Both the position numbers and the translations under genes were made by a program. 64,000 nucleotides of DNA from assembly GCA_004431415.1 (NCBI GenBank), contig QPMI01000401.1, positions 290,122 to 354,121 of the forward strand. The letters run 5' to 3'. This DNA is from Cyanophora paradoxa CCMP329 (lineage: Eukaryota > Plantae > Glaucophyta). Position 1 is the stretch's first letter; each line of letters begins with the position of its first letter. Below, one piece after another: positions 24,201 to 36,289 of this stretch. The notes under the pieces were generated by a model. It did not search any database. It saw nothing but the letters and a program-made list of their open reading frames with translations, and was not told the origin of the DNA.

Positions 24201-27200
24201 GCTTACCGAGAGCCAGTCACACATGTTCGGCGCGCAATTTTCGACAGAGAACTTGGGGAAGGAAATTGCGAGCGAAGGAACGCCGTGGGCAGAGACGCAG
24301 CTGGCAATTGCATCGCTTGCAGCCTTCAGATACCTGTTATATATATGGTTCGATTGCGATTTGCGCATCCGCTTAGTTTCTAAAGATATAGAGAGCCTCA
24401 CAGCAGCCGAATGGATGTGCTGGAGCTTGTCATGCTGGGAATCGCGATCGACTGCACCGAAGTGCGGACTGGCTGGGTGGCGAGGTTCTGGATGGTGAAT
24501 CCGCTGACGGTTGCCGCGGGCGACAGGAAGGTCGTGTTGACTGCAAAGAGCTTGAATCATACAGCTTGCGTACGGATCCGGACTTTAGCTAGGAGAATTG
24601 AGCCACGTACACGTGCTCTTTTGTTGCGCTCTTATGTTTATGCTGAATGTGTAGTTGCTGCCGGCGGTGTAAAGGAATACAGAGCTCGAATTTGCGGTAA
24701 ACCAGGCCGTCGATCCTGAAGTGCGAGCGGCAAGGAGCACAGGCGGCTGCACGCCGACGTCGAAGACCTGTGCATGCGGTCCCACCCCACACGAACTTTA
24801 ATATTCGGCAACTGCTTTCCTACCGCGCCGTGGCACTCGCACGCACCCATAGTCTTCCCAAACTCGAAGTGAGGAGTCTCTCGGCATTAATCTCGACAAA
24901 GTCATCCTCACCAGGCGCCTTGACCAGCCTGCGTTCAATGTTGTTGAGACGCGTGGCTCACGGACAGCAGTTCGCTATCTTGCACGTGCATGTGCATACA
25001 TATACATGCACGTGACTCACCAGCCGGCCTTCTCGTTTTCCGGATAGGGGAGATTACCACCCATAGCGAATTCTATTGGTGTTGAAACGTTTCGTGTCGC
25101 AGTGAAGACGCCTTTGTCGCATATGACTGGGATTGACCATGATCGCATTTAGGATACCGTTGAGCATAATTACAATTATATAGTCTGGTTTCAATATCCC
25201 GCTCACCTCGGACATCGGCCACAAAAGCGCCAGCCGGCTCCACTTCGTAAGCATCGACGTCGTAGGACCGTGAGCCCTGATTATTGAACATCGATCGTGT
25301 CAGTCATGGTCGGACGCTTCGGAACAATGCAAAACAATTGCGTGTGCGTGCCTGGTAAAATCCGTCCGAGTGGAATACAACGAGCAGCTCGGCTCCCGTA
25401 GTCGGCATGGCCGCAAGGGGGGGGTAGGTCGTGGTGCCCCATCCAAGTCCCGATCGGGGATAGCTCGGATGGGAGGGCAGCTGCCTGGTAGAAGTTGGCG
25501 TGACCTCAAAAACCTACACGTGCACTCGCGATGTCAGGAATCGTATCGGCGCATTATAATAACCGTCCTCCACGCACAAACATGGCGTCGCAGAAGCAGA
25601 GTTCGCCATCGAGTTCGAGCCAGCGGAGGGAGAGAGTGGAGCGGGCTCCGCATCCAGACTCGATCAACCTAGACACATTTGGCATCTTTGCGTACCTGAA
25701 AGACCACAATGAGATCAACTCGAATTGGGAAGAACGAATATACATAGCCGAACGAGCTCGCGCGATCGGGAATGTCATCGGTCGCACCAAGCTCCCATGA
25801 AGTCGCCAGAGTAATTTTTGATTCCTATTTCGGCGGGTGCTCCGATGTCTGGGTGTAAAGTACCAGATGTAAAGTTCCGAGTTTCCCGGGTTGAGGTCAG
25901 AGTCGCGGGGCTTGACGGCGTCACTGCGCACAAAATCGAAATCGAGCCATTTTTATATATTTAATTAGCTATAGCCTGGCGTGAGATCTCATGATCAGAC
26001 GCACCACTTGTCTTTGCCTTCGAACTGTACTCGGCGGTAAAATATAGCTCCGCGTTGACGTGGTTCCTCGCTTCTAACGCAGCAGAGTGGAAGTCGTCGC
26101 CGGGGTACCAGGCGAAAAGGAACAACCGGCTCGACTCGCTTGTGTAAGTGGTCCCCGCGACCACCGAGTCCGCGAGGAGCCTCGGCGGATTGACGCCGTA
26201 GTCGATCAACTGTCATCGGTATCGGAAATATGAATATTAACTCATACACGACGTCCATATCTTCAGCGACTTGCATGCGTGTGCACCTTTAGGGAGTTCG
26301 CGGTCGGCTCGGAGGCGTTGAACTTGACCGATGTGAACGTGATTTGAACGCTTTCCGAGTCCGACGGGGCGTAGAAGTTCCTGAGGGGCTCGCGGCGTTA
26401 GCTGTGATGATTAATTTTTACAGAGAGGGCTGATATAAGTGGTTCGGGGACACGCCAGCCGGCCACTTCGTTGAAAGGCCCGCCGTTGTGCACTCCCTTG
26501 ATTGTCTGTGTCGTTGATGTCGCTGCCACCGCCCCGGAAGAGTCCCGCACACCGCTGCGCGCGTTTTAATTTAGGACGAAAAGAAATCCAGAGCAAAAAC
26601 TGATCGTGAGTGCGTGCTCTCACCCGAAACACTTGCGCGGAAAGCGCCGCCCGGCACCGGGTCCGCCGCATCGGCAGTTCCCTTACTGCCTTGATTCTGG
26701 TGGTTGGAGTGGAAGATGGCGACAAGCTCGGCCCCAGGTGTCGCGGTGAATGCAGGGAAATTTACGGCTGACAATCTGAGCAGCAAATAATGAAATCATA
26801 AAAAGATTTAAGAATTAAAACCTTTGTGTCAAGCAAATTTAAAGTGAGCGCACGTAGGCTTGCCCCAGCCAACCCCAGATTTCGGGTAAGGGGTCTCGTG
26901 TGCGACAAAGCGAACGGAGCTGCTCGTAATCTCGAAAACCTAACGACAACGCGGGTCAAGCGATGCCGAAGGCGCAGATTTTGAAACGGTAGCCGACGGT
27001 CAAGAAGCACTGGTAGATCAAGTACACGCACATACATCACATCGAACCATCCGCTTGCCTGGCCATCGATCTCGAGCCACGTGTGTTTCAAGCTGCAGCT
27101 CGAGTCCTCCGCAGGCAGCGAGACGCGCCTGAAAAACATTTATAGCTTGTGTGCGCGATCAAAAACGTTTTGCAATTGAAACTTGTGCACCACGCGTGCA

Positions 27201-27329
27201 TCTGGTAGGCGGTGTAGGGTTTCAGCGCGATGTCAACAGGTCCTCCTGGGAACGGGCTGAGAGATAACGAGTTGAATATCCGAGTCTGCCCCGAACTCGA
27301 ACTCAGGGTCGCGGCGTCGGACGCAGTCG
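21251..27329 (-). CDS. Large cell-surface protein with REJ (polycystin-1-like) module, P/S/T-rich stalk, GAIN/GPS motif and a single C-terminal TM; 5' end missing
   Basis: REJ motif APPSGGTCTASPATVKAVVDKVT|VSCSGW...LPLSFS. (SP)n stalk at ~23820-23890. GPS motif SLAFYDEAGKKWTTC...ATCDHLTP|FTLI. TM VVAAVLGAVVAAFVALRGAR*. Upstream exons repeat a motif (PTTGAELLVVFHSD at ~25390 and ATPGAELVAIFHSN at ~26720). Including the 25-27 kb exons in the same gene is inferred. Confidence 0.7.
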
Positions 27330-27365
27330 CTGCGTGCGCGCGACGCATGCGGCTCATGATCAGCG

Positions 27366-27438
27366 ACACATATGAATATTCATATTTTAATCCCTCGGCG
27401 TTCCGCCTCAGGATTAAAATATGAATATTCATATGTGT
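27366..27438. repeat. Perfect 28-bp-arm hairpin at the host/virus junction
   Basis: acacatatgaatattcatattttaatcc (27366-27393) and ggattaaaatatgaatattcatatgtgt (27411-27438) are exact reverse complements. The 17-nt GC-rich loop contains an inner ggcg-ttc-cgcc stem. Confidence 0.95.
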
Positions 27439-27439
27439 G

Positions 27440-27668
27440 ATTCGATGTTATATCAATAAAATCGATTAATTTATTTGAATTTTCATATGAATTTTCATAT
27501 TTTTATATGCATTTTCAATTTATTTAATCGATGTTATATCGATAAACTCGATTAATCGATATTGTATCTTAATTGTAGTTAATCGGAATTATATCAATAA
27601 CTTCGATTGATCTTAATTGAATCCTAAATGAATTTAATCGGAATTATATCAATAAATTCGATTAAATC
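27440..27668. repeat. Four ~28-bp subterminal imperfect direct repeats
   Basis: Consensus aatcg(atg/gaa)ttatatc(a/g)ataa..tcgatt at ~27440, 27526, 27581 and 27636. Each unit has aatcg...cgatt inverted ends. Confidence 0.8.
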
Positions 27669-27699
27669 ATGTTCTTTTCCGATTAAATCAATTAAATAT

Positions 27700-28155
27700 T
27701 TAACTTTGTTACCATAAGTGGTCTAAGTTGACTCACTTTTCATAAACATTTTGAACTCTTAGTCTCCTTGAATTTCTTAAGATGACTCAACTTAGTCAAC
27801 TTAGTCAACTTTGTTACCATAATCAATCAGGGTGGACTCACTTTTAGATCAACTTTGAAATTTCAAGCAAAATCAACTTTGATTTCAAAAGTGGATCTTC
27901 TAAGTGGACTCAAAATGTTCACTTTGTGATACATGTTTGCTATAATCCTTACTGTTTATGGTCAGGGTTGACTAAGTGGGGGGAGTTGACACATTTTTTG
28001 AAATCCTTTTTAGAAAACTTTTGGTCCCAAATATTTCCTGTGAAATTTGAGTCAACTCAACCCACTTAGTCAACCCTTGCATTGAATTCGTAACAAAATC
28101 CATATACTATTACTACTTTTACGATTAATATGAGTCAACCTTGAGTCCACTTTAA
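27700..28155. promoter_or_regulatory. Iteron/inverted-repeat cluster (putative replication origin, copy 1)
   Basis: Many GT(G/T)GACT(C/A)A motifs. 17-bp perfect inverted repeat agggttgactaagtggg (27964-27980) / cccacttagtcaaccct (28061-28077). Origin function is inferred. Confidence 0.6.
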
Positions 28156-28385
28156 TATAAATATTATATAATAGGGGGAATCAAGGGGAATGTTGAGTTT
28201 TACTGTAATGAAATCGAATAGTATTCGAAATCTTACATTTGTAGGTTTAGGATGCATTCATATTTTGGCTACATCATACAGTAGAATTCTATTGTAAACA
28301 ATGTCCGGAATCCGGAAAATAATCATTGTAGAAAGCTATTGTAATAAAAAAGATAAATTACCCTGTTTATCATTATAGAAACCCA

Positions 28386-28784
28386 TTAAAACGGGAATCT
28401 ATCATGTTTATGTCTCTCAGTCTTCTCAAATGTGAGGAAATTCATTGTTTTATCGATCTCATCTGCTACTGATTGTGTTTTATGCTGAGCTTCTTTACCA
28501 CAACTGAATATATCAATTGCTAACATGCCTTCATTGGAATAACAATGAGCTGTACAATGGCTTTCATCTAATAGCAGAACCAAAGCAAAACCAGGAGGTG
28601 ATAGTTTGCCATCAAATATCTCACAGTGTTTATGAACAATCCTAATGCCTTGTCTTAATACTGCTTGTTCAAGGGTTCCCATAATCCAATTACCTAGGAA
28701 GCTTACATGCTCATGTCCTGTTGCAATAGCTGATTTAGCCTTGTAATCAAGCATAACATGAAAGCCTCTGTATTTAGTCTCCAT
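28386..28784 (-). CDS. speH: S-adenosylmethionine decarboxylase proenzyme (prokaryotic class 1B / SpeH-type)
   Basis: Intact 132 aa. N-terminal G-x-H-x-x-L-D; F-x-P-x-G-type turn (SPPGF); pyruvoyl cleavage motif LLDE|SHCTAHCY; AIDIFSCG carrying the catalytic Cys. Confidence 0.9.
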   Translation of the reverse strand: METKYRGFHVMLDYKAKSAIATGHEHVSFLGNWIMGTLEQAVLRQGIRIVHKHCEIFDGKLSPPGFALVLLLDESHCTAHCYSNEGMLAIDIFSCGKEAQHKTQSVADEIDKTMNFLTFEKTERHKHDRFPF

Positions 28785-28807
28785 TAAGAATACCTTAGAA
28801 AAATTAA

Positions 28808-29080
28808 CTAGTCAAACCTAATGCAAATATCCCTATACTCTACTCTGATTGATGAAGTAGCCCTTTTCCTGTGTGCTTGACTCTTTCTTTTGTTACAGTC
28901 CCTACACCCTGATCCCTTCACATGATTAAAGGGATATGTTAGGATCACCTTGTTACATTGCAAACATCTAACAGATACTTTCTCTTGAGCTTTGATGTAA
29001 TGTGTCTCACTGTAATCGAATTTATCTTTACCATGAACTGTCATAGCAGCATCAATAAACTTTTTTGTTTTACTATCCAT
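28808..29080 (-). CDS. DUF723-like zinc-ribbon protein (homing-endonuclease-associated DNA-binding module)
   Basis: KFIDAAMTVHGKDKFDYSETHY...KVSVRCLQC...PFNHVKGSGCRDC matches the F...HG..YDYS...C..H..G.GC..C pattern common in phages and NCLDVs. Confidence 0.7.
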   Translation of the reverse strand: MDSKTKKFIDAAMTVHGKDKFDYSETHYIKAQEKVSVRCLQCNKVILTYPFNHVKGSGCRDCNKRKSQAHRKRATSSIRVEYRDICIRFD

Positions 29081-29102
29081 ACTCTATATATAACCAATAT
29101 TC

Positions 29103-29936
29103 TTATGGAGCAGTATCCTGCCCAAAAATGGGGAAATATCGATTTGTCCCATAGTATTCAGCATAGGTATTCTGCTTTGCAATAAAATCGGTTCTCTCAG
29201 CATATAATACACACTTGTAGATACCAAACTTGGTGGCTCTAACCAGGAACTGGTAATCTTCTAAACCGAAATTGACTCCATGATAAGCAATACCAAAATT
29301 ATCATATGGGGTGATCACAACTGCAAAATTAGGAGTTCCACCCTCTACTTGACAAAGAGCATAAACATCTGGTGGGATATCCACAACTACCTTGTAGTGG
29401 TCACCAATTTCAACAAGAGAGTCTACTACTGCTGTTTGTTCATTTACAACAATGGGGAATATCTTTATAATGTATGGGGCATTCATGCTGGGGACATAGG
29501 TTCGAATTCTTGTATTGGGATCAATGGGATTGGGTTGATCATTCACAAATAAAGGCGCTCCAACAGCCCCACCAACCCTAAGACCATCACCAATATAAGC
29601 TCCCCCCGATTTGCAGTTAATAGCTCCCGACCTAGATTCAAAAGAATAAGTAGACAGAGGATCTCCATAGCTATCTGGGTCTCCATAATGAGCAGAAAAG
29701 TTTGCATTTGTGACAAGTAGCTTAGTTGTCTTAACTATTCCATTATTTTTATCACATCTGAGTTCCTGTAATCTCAGCTTGTGGGTGGAACCAAATGTAT
29801 TCATTGTAGGTTGGACCTCTGTGGATTGGAGACCCTCAACATCATCAAAGGTAGCATGCTGCAGAACATGGTTTGCTGGTGCAGCTAATGATAGCTGAGG
29901 TGTAATAATTCGTTCAAGTGGGGGTTGCTCAGCCAT
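29103..29936 (-). CDS. Virion fibre-like protein with tail-fibre C-terminal domain (paralog 1)
   Basis: Intact 277 aa. GAINCKSGGAYIGDGLRVGG fibre-shaft motif. C-terminus IPPDVYAL...VVITP...F.V...LYAERTD resembles phage fibre C-terminal chaperone-type domains. Confidence 0.55.
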   Translation of the reverse strand: MAEQPPLERIITPQLSLAAPANHVLQHATFDDVEGLQSTEVQPTMNTFGSTHKLRLQELRCDKNNGIVKTTKLLVTNANFSAHYGDPDSYGDPLSTYSFESRSGAINCKSGGAYIGDGLRVGGAVGAPLFVNDQPNPIDPNTRIRTYVPSMNAPYIIKIFPIVVNEQTAVVDSLVEIGDHYKVVVDIPPDVYALCQVEGGTPNFAVVITPYDNFGIAYHGVNFGLEDYQFLVRATKFGIYKCVLYAERTDFIAKQNTYAEYYGTNRYFPIFGQDTAP

Positions 29937-29959
29937 TTTACATTAAAGGGATATATCTT

Positions 29960-30803
29960 TTATGGGGTTGGGTCATCAATAATATCTGGTTCCGAATAAA
30001 ACCCTGTAACTGAAAGAGTATCAGGAGTTACACCTCTAAGAGCTGATACAGCGGCTATATCTGTTCTCAAACCGATAAGAGTTATAGTATATAACCCAAT
30101 ATCTGTAACAAACAAGTCAAAGGTGAAATTATTATTATAAACACAGTAGCCATAACCGAAATGATTATATCCCTGAACATTGAAATAGTATTTATGACCT
30201 ACTTGATTGTTGTTGGCTCTACAAAGGGAAAGCATTGCAGATGGAATCGCAAGACCTCTCAGTACTCTTTTGGTTCCTTCAATTAATTCCGAGTTTTCAA
30301 GAGTAACAGTATATCCAATGTAAAATTGAATTAATGGCTGCTGTGCGACAGGAGTATATAATCGAATTCGTTGGGGGTCTTCCACATTTTGCTCTAGAGT
30401 ATCTGGGACATCATTATACGAAATGGAGGATGAAAGCTGACCTGAAACTCTGCAACCTCCACCAATAAATGCTCCTCCTGATCTCACAGTAACAGCAGCA
30501 GAATTCTTATCGAAATCAAGGGCTTTCAGATCAACACTGTAAGCATCTGGACCTCCATTAGTAGGTTGGAAGAAGTTTGCATTAGTCACAAGAAGTCGAG
30601 TGGTTTTAACCACACCTGAATTCTTATCAGCTCTCAGCTCTTTAACTCGAATAATCGAATTTTTATCAAAGGAGTTACCATTGGAGTTGGGTCTCTCTGT
30701 GGATTCTAAACACGAACCTCATCATTTACTTCATGCTGGCGAAAATGCATTGCAGGGATCCAAGGGAATATATAGGCAGTTGCACACGATTATATTCGCC
30801 CAT
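29960..30803 (-). CDS. Virion fibre-like protein (paralog 2; 5' part frameshifted)
   Basis: ELRADKNSGVVKTTRLLVTNANF, AAVTVRSGGAFIGGGCRVSG and LIGLRTD align with paralog 1. The ATG at 30803 is reached only through frameshifts. Confidence 0.55.
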
Positions 30804-30843
30804 TGCTTCTTTTACTAAGAAGGAAAGAAAAATAAACGAAGTT

Positions 30844-33800
30844 TTATGCTACCATCTTTCCTGTTGCAATATAACTCATTTGATAGTGGAAAAGTCCAAT
30901 GCTTTCATTAAATGCAGAATTTGCCGAAATTGTTGCATGAATAGTAAATGTTGTTGTTGTGGAACTTGTGACACCATATACCAATACATATGAACCACCA
31001 TTATACCCTTGTTTAAGATTGAGAACCACTTCTGGGGCTGCCGCAAATGCTTTTGGGAATGTGACAACCTGTGGAAATCCCCAATGACCTGGACCTGTGA
31101 TTGTTAAAGATTTTGAGAAACTCCCTGTTTGAATATACTGGTCTTTATTGACCCGTTGTTCTGAAACAAGTTTTGCAATCTTTGTATTATCTGTTTCATC
31201 CATTGCATAATATGCTCTTGCGTAAGCATTTCCCCGACATAATAACGTTTTATCGTAAATATTTGCGGAATTGTGGAAAAACCATTGTTCTAAATAAAGA
31301 GGTGCATTCGGTTGGTAAATTTGACCGGATCCCACATACATGGTATTGTTGCTGTAATTGTGTTACCTGTGATCGTATTGGCTACAAACGGGTCTAAGGT
31401 TGGGAAATCTGTGATCTCCGATTTTGTGTGAGTATGGGCAAAATCTGTTATATCGGTCTTTGAATGACTGTGTGCGCCAACTGTGTTAGTAGCTGTTGGT
31501 TTTCCATAGATATTATCCCAATGGAGATAACCGCTATTTCCTGACGAAGCTGGGTTTTGCTCCAACCAATAATACCAAGTAAGTATATTCTTCCTAAAAC
31601 ACCTTGAACACCAATTTTTGTGAACATCTCGCAATTTACAGCAACATATAGCCTGAATGTATTTAAGTTGTATGATTGTGCATATGCATTTACTCGCATT
31701 GTGGTTTGAAAACCTTCATTTATATTAAACCCTTTAATGTCAAAATATCGACAGTTGAAGTGCGCTATATAAAAAATGTAGCATGTTTTCATTCCTGTTG
31801 GAATATCCCAATACATGTAGCTATTACATACTAAATCATTTTGAGCTGCTGTGTATGCTCCCGTGTAGTAACTTATATATGATTCATTTGTCCAATCAGC
31901 GGATTTCAAAAAATAATCGCCAAGAACACTTATAGCATCAAAGTCAGTAGGAGTAGAGAATGTTGGTTTATTAATTAAATCATCATAATTTCCACTTGTT
32001 GCAACAGTAGCAAATGTTGGTTTGTCTGTGATCTCCGCCCATAAATGAGAGTGGGCGAAATTTGTTATTTGATCTCTTGTGTGAGTATGGGCGAAATCTG
32101 AAATCTCATCTTTTGTGTGAAGATGTGCAAAATCGGGTATCTGTAATCGTGAATGTGTGTGGTCAAAATCTGTTATTTGTGATTTTGTGTGAGTGTGTAT
32201 GGGCATGTGCAAGTTGCTAAGAGTTAATCTGTCTTTTCCTACAATATTAAGAGTTTCCCGAGTTAAGATTGGTTGAGTATTTGGGAAGCCATACATTTGT
32301 TGAATATAATACCTCACATCACGTTTTTCATCATTTGTCAATGCTCTGTTGAATACTATAATTTCAGCAATACTACCTCCAACAATTTGTCCAAATCCAA
32401 AAAAGTTTACTATGGAATCAGGTAAATAGTTAGTCCCTGTAACAGTTTGGATATCTACACCATTCAAACCTACCGAATAAGAATCAGAAGTGATTGTTTG
32501 GTCTATGTAATACCATTTATTGATCAAAGAGGGAACTGTGATAGAAGGGGTTGGTTGTTGGACTCCCTCTATTGCAAAACTTGTCATTCCAATTATTGTA
32601 TTCGACTTAACACCAAACTGAACACTTCTGTTTGATAAATCTGTCTTCCATATTCGTAAATGATGATCAACAACAGAGGATGTTTGGTGGTATTTACCTA
32701 TTACAAAGTATGTGAGTCCTGATGACCAATCAATTGTTACATTTGGATAGGAAAATGCGGACATACTGGTTCCGGAAGGAGTTGTTATAGTGAATTGGTT
32801 GTTGATTGCTGCATTTGATGTAAAATACGAACTGGTTCCCGAACCACGTTAATTGATGGAATCAAAGAATTTGGGACTCTATTAAAAAGATTGGAAGTGG
32901 CTGCCGATTCACCATGAACACCTGATGCTTTCCATGCAAAAAGACAATTCGGAATTTGTGAAGCTGGGTCACTGCTTGCTGTAACTCTATAATACGTTTC
33001 ACTGAAAGATTCTAAATAGCTATTGGTTCCCATTTTAATCTTTCCACCCACAGTAAGGTTGCTTGTCACCACCAGTTGCTGGCGATGGTTCCACCTTTGA
33101 GAGGGAGGTAATTTGATAGTGCTAGTTAAGTTCAGGTTCAGTCACATATACATCAAGTTCTGGTTTTGTCACGTAGTTTTCGAGGATATTTGCAAGTTCT
33201 GTATCATCTACATAATTTTTGCTTTCAAGGTAATCATCTGTTACAACACCCGAAAGGGTTTCATTGTGTAAGTTTTTCGCCGCCATTCTCTGATTGACTT
33301 CTAAGGCGCCCTGTTGTTGTTTTGATCCACGCCATCTCACTTTCCCGAAATCATCTTTTGGTTGTCCTGCAAGAGGTGCGTAATTGAATTTGGAGCGACT
33401 AAATATTATTTTCGGTCTTGATCCATCGGTTGCGCTTACATCTGTAACATTCACTTGTAAGATGGCGTCTTTATCATCATAACTCACAGGATCTAATGGA
33501 AGTGGTGGTAAACCTGCTGTTAATGGATATCATCATTATAATAACTTGTCAAAAGATTCCTGTTTGGTGTCTATAACCCCACCCCACCTGCTGAAACCAT
33601 TTGTATCCTCGAAGTTGTTTAATATATAGTTCGCCATCCATAGTGTTCCCGCATCTATTCCTTTGCGATTCAGTAAATTCACTTAATTGTAATCTTTCAG
33701 CGATGGTATCACTTTGTAGAAACTGACCCATAAATCCATCACCATTTACTAAATCGCCTGTTGATGCAAACGTGGTTTTTCATCTATTTCACTCCATGGT

Positions 33801-36283
33801 GCCTGTGGTTAGAGTTTGTAATTTCGGAATAATCATGAGTGTGTGAATCCGAGGAAAGGTTAACGGAGGATTTGTGATATGCTCCCATAAATGAGTGTGT
33901 GCAAATCTGTGATCTGATCTTTGGTGTGAGTATGGCAAAGTCTGTGATCTGATCTTTGGTGTGAGTATGGGCAAAATCTGTGATCTGATCTTTGGTGTGA
34001 GTATGGGCGAAATCTGTGATTTGCCCTTTGGTGTGTGTGTGGTTTTGTATCCAACCTTGAACCACATTCGACGTTGGATGATGTGTAAATTTGCATTACT
34101 TGTTACTGTAGATAATCAATTACTGTTTCGGGTGATGTGATCTTAACCTCTGTAAATGTCAGAGGTGATAATTGGGAATCCATACATTTGTTGAATGTAA
34201 TACCTTACTTGTTGCCTTTCTGCTGTGGTTAATGCTCTGTTGAAAACAATAACTTCACTAACACTACCGCTAAAAAAGGGTTCCGATTCTAAAAGTAGTC
34301 ACTGTTGAATCAGGTAAGTAATTTACTCCTGTAACAGTCCCAATATCAACACCATTTAATCCAACTGAATAGCTGTCTGATGTAAGTGTTTGATCTGCAT
34401 AATACCATTTATTAATCAGAGAAGGAATTGTAAAAGCCATTTGAGTCTGATTGACCCCATTAATGATGAAATCAGTTGTCCCTAATGTGGTGGAGAATCT
34501 CGCTCCATATCTAATAATTCTCGAAGGAGTAACTGTCTTTGAAATATCTATGTGAGCATGTGATAAACTGTTTGTGGGATGGTATCTACCCACATAGAAA
34601 TATGTCAAACTTGCGACCAATCTATTATTCTACCTTGACTATTGAAGATGCTGTGACTGAGGTATTCAAAGCGCATGTTAAACTCATCTGATTATTTGTA
34701 GATATATTGAAGCATAAAAGGGGTTGCCTGTGGCGCTCACCGTGAGCGATGGGATCGAACTTGATACTCTATATAAGAAGTGTAGAACCTGCACTTGACC
34801 TTCTGTTCCTGATGCTTTCCATGCAAAATGCAATTGGGAATATTTGAAGCTGGATCATTGCTGGCTGTTATTTGTAGTAATCTTTGTTCAACTCTTGCAA
34901 TGTAGTAAACGCATATGAACCAACTGTAAGAATTCCATTCACTTTAGGTTACTGGTCTCTATATTGCTACTGTAATATTACTATTTACTGTAAGGTTTCC
35001 TGTGATTGTCCCACAACAAGTGGAAGATACTTAGATAATTCATCAGCAAGTTCAGATTTTGTTACATAATCTCCAAGCATAGCAAGAGTTACGAATTTAC
35101 AAGTATTACAGCAGTAGGTAATCCTCTGTGACCACTCTCGAAATATTTTCATTGTGTATGTTTTTGCTGCCATCCTCTGATTGGCTTCCAGAACCCACCA
35201 TAATCTGTTTTAATCCATGCAAGCTCTGCCCTTCCATAATTATCATTTGCAGTTCCACTATGGGAATGTAGGAATACTTATCTCGACTGAAAACTATCAT
35301 TGGTCTTGAGCCATCTAAACTGCTTACATCTGCTACATGAACCTGTATAGCAGAGTTGTAATTTTGGTAGGTTGCTGGGTCTTTGGACTCTGAATGTATC
35401 TGTGGAATGTCAGCCTCCATGTAGCTTGACACAAAGATATTTGTATGGTTGCTCCTGGTGGTGGTGGGGTTTCAAAGAGCCTGGTAATGTCCTATATGAA
35501 GTGGTCCTCTCATAGCTGAATTTGCAAGTGTCCCATTCACATGTACATAGTGTTCATTCAAAAAGATTCTTTCTGGACATTACAAGTCTGATAAGAGAAA
35601 CCCCCAAGTTATCAAGAGGCTCAACTTTGCGAATTCTGGTTGGTCATTGATCTCATCCCAGTGTGTTCATGGTTGCTTGCTGCAAACTTATCGGAATCCC
35701 ATCAATATCACCCCATCATGCCTGTGGTCTTCTGGTGGGGTATTTCTGTGGTTTGCCTAAGATTCTCATCCCAGTCTGATTGTGATCCTCTGGGGGATAC
35801 TTTGCAGGTTTATATTAATTTGTTTCATAATCAGGAAAGAACTCCCAGTCTCAGGTCGAAATCCATCTGGTAGTAATCCTCATGGGTTCATAAGGTTGCT
35901 CATAATCAACAGCTGGTGGATCATGCCCATCTGGCAAATACTCTTCATCAGGTTCATAGTTCTGCTCATACTCAAACTCTTGGGGATCTAAGCCATCTGG
36001 TAGTATCTCCTCTCATTGGGTCAAACTGATCATATTATTATTCTTGTGGGTCAAAACCATCTGGTAAATATTCTTCCTCATCTGGAACGAATTGATATTC
36101 ATCAAGCTCTAATATATCGACTTCAGGAGGTAAATACTGCTCATCTATTTGCTTTCTGGGTTCAATTATAGGTTTATTGCGAACTTGCTCCCAACTAACA
36201 ATATGCTGCCCAAAAGCAACTGTCTCATCTGCTGTTACTCTCTGCCTGGTTGCTTTTTCGGTGTTAAATCCGGTGGATCCCAT
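30844..36283 (-). pseudogene. Very long fibre/receptor-binding gene (frameshifted): LPDGxDP repeats, two duplicated LamG/ConA + HTH-tail-repeat modules, C-terminal gp53/H-lectin-like domain
   Basis: Repeats HTHTKDQITDFA. LamG-like FAWKASG...GSIAEIIVFNRALT...VRYYIQQMY occurs twice. AI(L)QV.V.DVS..DGSRP.I.FSR occurs twice. C-terminus VVTFPKAFAAAPEVVL...TTTFTI...SYIATG. Four (Y/I/L)LPDGxDP units at ~35860-36070. A single gene is inferred. Confidence 0.7.
33890..34045 (-). repeat. 36-bp coding tandem repeats (HTHTKDQITDFA)
   Basis: catactcacaccaaagatcagatcacagattttgcc-type units. Similar sets occur at ~31405-31480 and ~32030-32200. Confidence 0.85.
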
Positions 36284-36289
36284 GGAAGA

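Noticed and set aside
33890-34045. 36-bp repeats as a CRISPR array
   Set aside because: Units are contiguous without unique spacers and encode HTHTKDQITDFA fibre repeats. No cas genes are present.
31448-35432. Duplicated fibre modules as the TR/VR pair of a diversity-generating retroelement
   Set aside because: No reverse transcriptase is seen, and the copies differ at all base types over kilobases rather than only at adenines.
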